From the NCBI GenBank assembly GCA_016928305.1, contig JAFGKY010000021.1, positions 54-64,053 of the forward strand: DNA of 64,000 nucleotides. Direction: 5' to 3'. Shown here piece after piece: positions 54,590-64,000 of this stretch. Position numbers and translations under genes: made by a program. The stretch comes from Bacteroidales bacterium (GTDB taxonomy: Bacteria > Bacteroidota > Bacteroidia > Bacteroidales > UBA10428). Position 1 is the first letter of the stretch. The number at the start of each line of letters is the position of its first letter. The notes below the pieces were generated by a model. It was not told the DNA's origin. It saw only the letters and a list, made by a program, of their open reading frames with translations, and searched no databases.

Positions 54590-55444
54590 ATGATCAAACG
54601 AGAATACCATTGTCTGGTAGCCGGCCTGCCGGCATTATTCCTTGATGCAACCCGACTTGCTGCAACGCTTGTTGAGTTTAAAGCCCAATTAAAAGAAGAA
54701 TTGCATCCCTCGGATTACAACCTTGCTGCAAGTTATTTTCTCCGATTTGACAACAGCAACGTTTTCAATACGTTAACAGGTCAGCGTCGTGCTTTTGATC
54801 CACTTGGTAATTTTTCAGCGGAGAGCATTGAAGAAGCAAAACTGTTATTGAGGGATGAAGAGGTGGACATAAACAAGTTGGATTTCCCGCCTTACCTGTC
54901 ACGCTTTATCCGTGCATTTAATTCAGGCATACCTTTGATACCGGATAAAGGTTGGGAAAACCAGCTATCTCAATTGTATTATGAACAACTGGCAGAAATT
55001 GATAATCCCTTTATCCGGGAATGGTATCGTTATGAACTTGATCTGACCAATATGATCACAGCATGCAATTGCCGCAGGCATAAGGTTAACATAGCTCCGG
55101 AAATGGTGGGCGATAATGAAATCACCGGACAGCTGATGAGGAGCAATGCCAGGGATTTTGGTATCAGCAATGAATTTCCTCTTATAGGGGCTATCTTAAG
55201 GGCAGATGATGAAAACGATTTCATGGAAAGGGAAAAGAAATACGACAGGGTGAAATGGGAGTATCTTGATGAAAAAGTCTTCTTTCATTATTTCACCATC
55301 GAATTCATTTTTACTTTTATCGTGAAACTTGGAATAATAAGTCGTTGGCTCAGACTGGATAAAGATACCGGAGAAAAGTTGTTCGGGGAACTGTTCGAAA
55401 AAATGAAATCTGCATGTGCATTTCCGGATGAATATAATCTATAG
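54590..55444 (+). CDS. DUF2764 family protein (V-ATPase subunit C-like, Bacteroidota-type)
   Basis: 284 aa. YHCLVAGLPAL opening. Its position between subunits E and A is the conserved Bacteroidota V-ATPase operon order. Confidence 0.7.
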   Translation: MIKREYHCLVAGLPALFLDATRLAATLVEFKAQLKEELHPSDYNLAASYFLRFDNSNVFNTLTGQRRAFDPLGNFSAESIEEAKLLLRDEEVDINKLDFPPYLSRFIRAFNSGIPLIPDKGWENQLSQLYYEQLAEIDNPFIREWYRYELDLTNMITACNCRRHKVNIAPEMVGDNEITGQLMRSNARDFGISNEFPLIGAILRADDENDFMEREKKYDRVKWEYLDEKVFFHYFTIEFIFTFIVKLGIISRWLRLDKDTGEKLFGELFEKMKSACAFPDEYNL

Positions 55445-55454
55445 CAAGGCGATT

Positions 55455-57212
55455 ATGGCAACTGGAGGAAAAGTAAAGGGTATTATTGCTAATCTGGTGA
55501 TTGTTGAGGTGGATGGACCAGTGTCCCAGAATGAGATTTGTTTTATCCGGTTGGATAAGGTAGATCTTATGGCAGAGGTTATCAGGGTATACCGAAAGGA
55601 TGCTTATGTGCAGGTGTTTGAGTCAACGCAGGGTCTTAAAGTTGGAGATGATGTTCAATTCATGGGGCATATGCTTGAAGTTACGCTAGGCCCGGGCCTG
55701 CTCTCTAAAAACTTTGACGGACTTGAGAATAATCTGAATGCGATGGAAGGTATCTTCCTGAACCGTGGTGAATACACTGCCGCGCTGGACAGCAGGAAGC
55801 GCTGGAACTTCAAGCCCACATCAAAACCGGGAAACCTGGTGACGGCAGGCAGCTGGCTGGGTGAGGTGGAAGAGAATGATATGTCACACCGGATCATGGT
55901 TCCTTTCACCTTTACAGATTCATATATCATCAAAAGCATTGCTGGTGAAGGAAAATATGACATAAACACAACGGTTGCAGTCCTGGTTGACACCGAAGGG
56001 AATGAAGTGCCGGTTACCATGGTTCAACGCTGGCCGGTAAAAATTCCCATCAAGGCTTACAGGGAAAAACCACGGCCCTTCAAACTACTTGAGACCGGTG
56101 TCCGTACCATTGATACACTGAATCCAATTGTTGAAGGAGGTACCGGATTTATTCCCGGACCTTTTGGGTGCGGGAAAACAGTTCTTCAACATGCAATATC
56201 CCGGCAGGCTGAAGCTGATATAGTTGTGATAGCTGCCTGTGGTGAACGCGCCAATGAAGTGGTTGAACTTTTTGCTGAGTTTCCTTTGCTGGAAGATACC
56301 CGTACAGGAAGAAGACTTATGGAGCGTACCATTATTGTTGCCAATACGTCAAATATGCCGGTGGCAGCCCGTGAAGCATCCGTTTATACAGCCATGACCA
56401 TTGCTGAATATTACCGTTCCATGGGATTAAGCGTGCTGATGCTGGCTGATTCCACCTCTCGCTGGGCACAGGCATTACGTGAAATGTCAAACAGACTGGA
56501 AGAGTTACCCGGTCCGGATGCATTTCCGATGGATCTGCCAGCCATTATCTCGAACTTTTATGCACGCGCAGGTTTTACCTTCCTTAATAACGGAGAAACC
56601 GGATCGATTACCTTTATTGGCACTGTTTCACCGGCTGGCGGTAACCTGAAAGAACCGGTTACAGAATCAACAAAAAAAGCAGCCCGGTGTTTCTATGCCC
56701 TGGAACAACAGAGAGCGGACAGTAAACGCTATCCGGCCATTGATCCGATCGATTCCTATTCAAAATACCTCGAATATCCGGAATTTGAGGATTATGTTAA
56801 CACCAAAATAGAAGAGGGCTGGCTTGAAAAAGTGAATGAAACAAAGATTTTGTTATTAAGGGGTAAGGAAGTATATGAGCAAATCAACATCCTGGGCGAT
56901 GATGGGGTTCCTGTTGACTACCATGTAACCTTTTGGAAATCGGAAATGATTGATTTTGTTATTTTACAACAGGATGCATACGACAAAATCGATCAGTCAA
57001 CACCCCTGGAGCGTCAGCGTTACATGCTTAACCATATACTGGAAGTCAGCAAAGCGACATTTGATTTCAATCATTTTGATGAGGTGGGTATATTCTTTAA
57101 ACGTATCATAAATCAATACAGACAGATGAACTACGCCGAATTCATGTCGGAAAAGTTCATTAATTATGAAAAAGAACTTAATCGTATCATCGCTGAAAGA
57201 AAAATAGTCTGA
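55455..57212 (+). CDS. V-type ATP synthase subunit A (catalytic)
   Basis: Start at MATGGKVKGIIANLVIVE. Walker A GPFGCGKTV. Also ANTSNMPVAAREAS and DSTSRWAQALREMS. Confidence 0.95.
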   Translation: MATGGKVKGIIANLVIVEVDGPVSQNEICFIRLDKVDLMAEVIRVYRKDAYVQVFESTQGLKVGDDVQFMGHMLEVTLGPGLLSKNFDGLENNLNAMEGIFLNRGEYTAALDSRKRWNFKPTSKPGNLVTAGSWLGEVEENDMSHRIMVPFTFTDSYIIKSIAGEGKYDINTTVAVLVDTEGNEVPVTMVQRWPVKIPIKAYREKPRPFKLLETGVRTIDTLNPIVEGGTGFIPGPFGCGKTVLQHAISRQAEADIVVIAACGERANEVVELFAEFPLLEDTRTGRRLMERTIIVANTSNMPVAAREASVYTAMTIAEYYRSMGLSVLMLADSTSRWAQALREMSNRLEELPGPDAFPMDLPAIISNFYARAGFTFLNNGETGSITFIGTVSPAGGNLKEPVTESTKKAARCFYALEQQRADSKRYPAIDPIDSYSKYLEYPEFEDYVNTKIEEGWLEKVNETKILLLRGKEVYEQINILGDDGVPVDYHVTFWKSEMIDFVILQQDAYDKIDQSTPLERQRYMLNHILEVSKATFDFNHFDEVGIFFKRIINQYRQMNYAEFMSEKFINYEKELNRIIAERKIV

Positions 57213-58534
57213 TGGAAACGAAGGCTTTTCAAAAGATATATACAAAAATTACACAGATAACCAAAGCTACTTGTTCGCTTCAGGCAACCGGTATCGGATA
57301 TAATGAAATGGCTGTCGTTTTTGGACGATTGGCACAAGTAGTGAAAATTATCGGAGATGAAATTACGTTGCAGGTGTTTGCAGGAACCGAAGGTATTCCC
57401 AACAATGCTGAGGTCATATTTCTCGGGAAAGCCCCTTCGCTGAAGGTAAGTGAAGATCTTGCCGGCCGGTTTTTTAATGCCTATGGTGAACCTATTGACG
57501 GCGGCCCTCCCATTGATGGTGAAGAACGGGTGATCGGCGGGCCGTCGGTTAATCCGGTTCGCCGTCAGCAACCCTCTGAGTTGATCGCCACCGGTATTGC
57601 CGGCATTGACCTGAATAATACGCTTGTATCGGGACAAAAAATACCTTTCTTCGCTGATCCCGATCAGCCCTTTAACCAGGTAATGGCCATGGTTGCGCTA
57701 AGGGCAAAGACCGATAAAATTATTTTGGGAGGAATGGGTCTGACAAATGATGATTACCTGTTTTATAAAAATGTTTTCGATAATGCCGGTGCACTTGACC
57801 GTATCATAAGTTTCGTCAATACCACCGAAAATCCTCCGGTTGAAAGACTATTGGTTCCGGAGATGGCTTTAACAGCAGCTGAATATTTCGCGGTCGATAA
57901 GAACCAGACCGTACTCGTGCTCCTGACGGATATGACCTTGTATGCTGATGCCCTGAGCATTGTATCGAATCGTATGGACCAGATCCCTTCCAAGGACAGC
58001 ATGCCCGGTTCATTATACAGCGACCTCGCTAAAATCTATGAAAAGGCCGTTCAGTTTCCGGCCGGAGGCTCCATTACTATTATAGCCGTTACCACGCTTT
58101 CGGGAGGTGATATTACACATGCCATCCCTGATAACACCGGTTATATTACCGAGGGACAGCTGTTTCTGAGAAAAGATACGGATATCAGTAAAGTTATCGT
58201 CGATCCTTTCCGGAGCCTGTCACGGCTGAAACAGCTGGTAATCGGTAAAAAAACCAGGGAAGACCACCCCCAGGTAATGAATGCTGCAATCCGTCTGTTT
58301 GCCGATGCAGCCACTGCCAAAACAAAACGTGAAAACGGCTTTGACCTGACCGATTACGATGAAAGAAGCCTCCGGTTTGCCAGGGATTATTCCGCTAAAC
58401 TGCTGGCTATTGATGTCAATATCAATATCGACGAAATGCTCGACACGGGCTGGCAGCTTTTTAAAAAACACTTTCACCTCGAAGAAGTGGGCATCAAACA
58501 GGATCTTGCAGATAAATATTGGCCGAAAACGTAG
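57212..58534 (+). CDS. V-type ATP synthase subunit B
   Basis: 440 aa. TGIAGIDLNNTLVSGQKIPFF, LLTDMTLYADALSIVS, PGSLYSDLAKIYE. Its start overlaps the subunit A stop. Confidence 0.93.
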   Translation: METKAFQKIYTKITQITKATCSLQATGIGYNEMAVVFGRLAQVVKIIGDEITLQVFAGTEGIPNNAEVIFLGKAPSLKVSEDLAGRFFNAYGEPIDGGPPIDGEERVIGGPSVNPVRRQQPSELIATGIAGIDLNNTLVSGQKIPFFADPDQPFNQVMAMVALRAKTDKIILGGMGLTNDDYLFYKNVFDNAGALDRIISFVNTTENPPVERLLVPEMALTAAEYFAVDKNQTVLVLLTDMTLYADALSIVSNRMDQIPSKDSMPGSLYSDLAKIYEKAVQFPAGGSITIIAVTTLSGGDITHAIPDNTGYITEGQLFLRKDTDISKVIVDPFRSLSRLKQLVIGKKTREDHPQVMNAAIRLFADAATAKTKRENGFDLTDYDERSLRFARDYSAKLLAIDVNINIDEMLDTGWQLFKKHFHLEEVGIKQDLADKYWPKT

Positions 58535-58632
58535 GATTTGGTATCCTGCCATAACAGACAGGATTTCAGATATAATGAGATAATCAGATAGTTGTAAGAC
58601 TATAAATCAATCACATTCTGAGAATTTGAGGA

Positions 58633-59231
58633 ATGACAATAAAATTTCAATACAATAAAATTTCATTACAACAGCTTGAAAAGCAGCTTAATATCAGGTT
58701 ACGTGCCTTGCCCACCATCAAGAATAAGGAATCAGCATTGCGTGTCGAGGTAAGGAAAGCCAAAGATGAATACCTTCGTATTGATGATCTTCTTCGGCAG
58801 AAGCTGGCAGCTTATGAAAAAGTCGTTTCCTTATGGGGAGAGTTTGATTTTTCGCTGGTGGTGGTTCGAAACGTTGAACTGGGTTCCAGAAAAATAGCCG
58901 GTGTGAAAATTCCGGTATTGAATAACGTTCTGTTCGAATTGAAATCATTCAGTGTTTTTAATAATCCCAAATGGTATCTCGACGGAATCGCCCTGATCAA
59001 AGAATTGATAACAATAGCCATTGAAAAGGAAGTATTTGACCGCACAACACGGCTTCTTGAACAGGCACGAAAGAAAACGACTCAGAAGGTGAACCTCTTT
59101 GAGAAAATACAGATACCCGGATATAACAATGCAATACGGAAGGTGAAACGGTTTATGGAAGATGAAGATAATCTGTCCAAGTCGGCTCAAAAAATAGTCA
59201 AGAACAGGCAATTGAAAATGGAGGAAACCGT

Positions 59232-59235
<4 letters not shown>
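58633..59235 (+). CDS. V-type ATP synthase subunit D
   Basis: 200 aa. The coiled-coil central stalk pattern (LPTIKNKESALRVEV...TTQKVNLFEKIQIPGY) matches the subunit D hallmark region (..RRVNALE.v.IP). Confidence 0.85.
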
Positions 59236-61696
<2,461 letters not shown>

Positions 61697-61707
61697 CCCA
61701 TCTTACT

Positions 61708-62193
61708 ATGGACATTTTCCTTGCAATAACAGGGACGATTTGCATTATAACCGGAGTATTGGGCAGTTTGTTACCTGTTTTACCGGGGCCACCGATCAGT
61801 TATGCAGGAATTCTTTTACTGCATTTTTCAAGCTATGCACAATATGACACACGATTTCTGATCTTGTTTGCAGCACTTACCGCCGTTGTAGCCGTTCTTG
61901 ATTATGTCATACCTGTATGGGGGACAAAGAAATTCGGTGGAAGCAAATACGGTACCTGGGGTGCGGCTATTGGAGTGGTAATTGGACTGTTTTTCGGACC
62001 TCTGGGCATCATCGTTGGACCTTTTCTCGGGGCCGTTATTGGTGAAATCCTTTATGGCAAAAAGTCGAATGAAGCTTTCCGTGCCGGTTTTGGCTCTTTT
62101 GTTGGCTTTGTCACAGGTACCTTAATGAAGATAGTCCTCTCCATCGTTCTTGCTTTTCACTTTTTTAAAGCATTGGGAGGAGCGATATTCTGA
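61708..62193 (+). CDS. DUF456 domain-containing membrane protein
   Basis: 161 aa. GVLGSLLPVLPGPPISYAGILLL opening and a Gly-rich TM (GPLGIIVGPFLGAVIGE), typical of DUF456. Confidence 0.75.
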   Translation: MDIFLAITGTICIITGVLGSLLPVLPGPPISYAGILLLHFSSYAQYDTRFLILFAALTAVVAVLDYVIPVWGTKKFGGSKYGTWGAAIGVVIGLFFGPLGIIVGPFLGAVIGEILYGKKSNEAFRAGFGSFVGFVTGTLMKIVLSIVLAFHFFKALGGAIF

Positions 62194-62213
62194 TATTGTG
62201 GTAATATTGCGGT

Positions 62214-62933
62214 ATGGAACAAAATCATCGCTTAACGGGGTCTTCAACATTCATGCTGATCTTTTTGATTCAGCTTTCATCGGCGTATCCACAAGGACCT
62301 GATTACTATCTGAATTACACTCATGAAAATTTTCGAAAAGACAAATTGCTCAACGATACGCTGGATTTTGATCATATTGATCTTACCCGGTTAAATGCAG
62401 CACTGTTTTTTGTGACCAACGAGATCAGGATAAAAAACAAACTAAATCCCCTTGAGTACGCACCTGAGCTTGAAAAGGCTGCCTCAGTGCATTCACGGGA
62501 TATGGTCATGAGGGATTTCTTCAGTCACACCAATCCGTATCAGAAGAAAAAAGAAACGCCCAATGACAGGGCCAGGATGATAGGCATTTCCAATCCTTTC
62601 ATTGCCGAAAACATAGCGGAAGATTTCGGATTTCAATATGAAAGTGGCACAAATGTATATTTATTGGGGAAAGGTATATTCAGTTATCACGCGAACGGGG
62701 AAAGGATTCCGGCCAATACGTATCTTTCACTTGCCGAGTCGTTCCTTGAGCGATGGATGCATTCATCGGAACATAAAAAGAACGTTCTTTCGACCGAGGC
62801 TCTTCAACTGGGATGCGGTACCTTTTTTTTCATTGATCCGGAATTCAATGACATGCCCACATTTATGGGGACGCAGAATTTTCAATGGTTTGAAAAAATT
62901 AAACTGCTAAAGGAGTATAATGTCAACGAATGA
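62214..62933 (+). CDS. CAP (SCP/PR1-like, YkwD-type) domain-containing protein
   Basis: HSRDMVMRDFFSHTNP...ENIAE...WMHSSEHKKNVL...LGCG fits the CAP-domain signature (H..dM......f.H........aENi.......W..S.gHr.Nil). Confidence 0.78.
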   Translation: MEQNHRLTGSSTFMLIFLIQLSSAYPQGPDYYLNYTHENFRKDKLLNDTLDFDHIDLTRLNAALFFVTNEIRIKNKLNPLEYAPELEKAASVHSRDMVMRDFFSHTNPYQKKKETPNDRARMIGISNPFIAENIAEDFGFQYESGTNVYLLGKGIFSYHANGERIPANTYLSLAESFLERWMHSSEHKKNVLSTEALQLGCGTFFFIDPEFNDMPTFMGTQNFQWFEKIKLLKEYNVNE

Positions 62934-62966
62934 ACGAAAAAGGATACTAAGAGGAAAATCCGGATT

Positions 62967-63239
62967 CTATTCAGCTTTGATCTCTTCTTCAACCTTTTTC
63001 GTTGTGTGAGCCTTAAGAACCCGAAGATTACGACCGGATACTTCTTTACCATCAAGGGTTTTAATCGCTTCCATCGCCTCTTTCTTGTCGGGCATTTCGA
63101 TAAAGCCGTACCCTTTTGACTTACCTGTACGTTTATCCTGAACGATCTTAACGGATTCCACCTTGCCCATTACCTCGAAGATTTTACGAATGTCATCTTC
63201 GCTGAGGGAATAATTAATATTACCAACGTAAATAGTCAT
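62967..63239 (-). CDS. RNA-binding protein with RRM domain
   Basis: Start at MTIYVGNINYSL (RNP2 IYVGNI). RNP1 KGYGFIEM. 90 aa. The upstream extension in the track ORF lacks support. Confidence 0.9.
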   Translation of the reverse strand: MTIYVGNINYSLSEDDIRKIFEVMGKVESVKIVQDKRTGKSKGYGFIEMPDKKEAMEAIKTLDGKEVSGRNLRVLKAHTTKKVEEEIKAE

Positions 63240-63412
63240 GATAGTATAACTTAGTTTTGAAAGAGTAACCAAGTTACAAATAAATTTAACAAAAAGCAAT
63301 ATCGTTCTAATAAAATAGCAATGAGATATTTGTAAACCGAATTTGCCATAATACTGATAATATATTATTCAGCTTCTTATCACGCTTGTTTGCCGGTTTG
63401 TCGAATTGTGCG

Positions 63413-63420
63413 TACTTTTG
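63413..63420 (+). promoter_or_regulatory. Candidate -7 box TACTTTTG
   Basis: Matches TAnnTTTG, 58 nt upstream of the ATG at 63478. Confidence 0.4.
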
Positions 63421-63477
63421 ATGCTGCAGTGACCTGTTATAAGATGGCATTATTCAGATCTTTCAGGGAGACACAAA

Positions 63478-64000
63478 ATGATTAAAGCGGTTATTTTTGA
63501 TCTCGACGGTGTAATTGTTACTACGGATGAGTTTCATTATCAGGGATGGCAAAAACTGGCCAACGAGGAAGGTATTTTTTTTAACCGGACCATTAATGAA
63601 CGTCTGCGGGGAGTCAGCCGGTTTGAGAGTCTGGAAATAATCCTTGAAAAAGCAACTAGGACCTATAGCCATGAAGAGAAAGCTGAAATGGCTGAGAGGA
63701 AGAATAATTACTATCGTGCCTTGTTGCATACGCTGACTCCTGCTGATATTCTGCCGGGTGTCTTGAAATTGCTGACCGGATTGAGAAACGCAGGAATTAA
63801 GGTCGCCGTCGGTTCATCCAGCAGAAATACACCTTTTATACTTGAGAAAATAGGTCTCTCCCGAAGTTTCGACACTGTCTCGGATGGTAACCAGATAAAA
63901 AAGAGCAAGCCCGATCCGGAAGTATTTCTTCTGGCCGCAGCAAAGATGCAGGTGCCGGCTGATCAATGCCTGGTTGTTGAAGATGCCGATGCAGGAGTTG
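63478..64000 (+). CDS. pgmB: Beta-phosphoglucomutase (HAD superfamily IA), 3'-truncated by the window end
   Basis: My own translation: MIKAVIFDLDGVIVTTDEFHYQGWQKLANEEGI...NERLRGVSRFESLEIIL...GIKVAVGSSS...KSKPDPEVFLLAA...VVEDADAGV. HAD motifs I-IV are present, along with the RGxSRxESL cap motif typical of beta-PGM. It is not in the ORF track because no stop lies within the window. Confidence 0.72.
   Translation, partial: MIKAVIFDLDGVIVTTDEFHYQGWQKLANEEGIFFNRTINERLRGVSRFESLEIILEKATRTYSHEEKAEMAERKNNYYRALLHTLTPADILPGVLKLLTGLRNAGIKVAVGSSSRNTPFILEKIGLSRSFDTVSDGNQIKKSKPDPEVFLLAAAKMQVPADQCLVVEDADAGV

Overview
The window looks like a Bacteroidota chromosome segment. Evidence: three SusC/SusD pairs, a T9SS C-terminal sorting domain, TAnnTTTG -7 promoter boxes, and a V-type ATPase operon containing a DUF2764 gene. 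I call about 46 protein genes and one tRNA-Met(CAU).

Gene content, left to right:
- a small GIY-YIG ORF
- an orphan susC/susD pair
- an AT-rich XRE-ImmA/IrrE two-gene islet
- a tRNA-Met locus with decayed partial tRNA copies
- an envelope block (LptF/G-like permease, GT4, GT2), then ribBA and fmt
- a LysM glucosaminidase and a YfcC-family transporter
- two back-to-back PUL-like units with unknown lipoproteins and a BNR/Asp-box T9SS protein, but no recognisable regulator
- cysC-cysD-[four-helix-bundle ORF]-cysN
- an NlpC/P60 peptidase, a 7TM-HD phosphohydrolase, LolA-like, FtsK
- a 1416-aa double BcrA/BadF-type activase fusion
- a membrane metallophosphoesterase
- a stand-alone canonical ornithine carbamoyltransferase
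- a 7-gene V-type ATPase operon whose K subunit carries the Na+-site signature
- DUF456, CAP-domain and RRM proteins, and a partial beta-phosphoglucomutase

The most unusual signal is non-coding.
1. At least eight intergenic tandem heptanucleotide arrays, similar to cyanobacterial STRR repeats. Two pairs lie in inverted orientation and bracket single ORFs: the LysM glucosaminidase, and a 23S-IVS-type four-helix-bundle ORF that splits cysD from cysN.
2. A family of short modular hairpin elements. One sits inside a decayed tRNA copy. One sits between susC and susD with a 9-bp direct-repeat flank. One 129-bp MITE-like unit with perfect 15-bp terminal inverted repeats and TA flanks abuts the tRNA 3' end.

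No CRISPR array, transposase, integrase or rRNA was seen. All functional calls come from reading motifs by eye, with no searches run. Start codons are approximate where noted.
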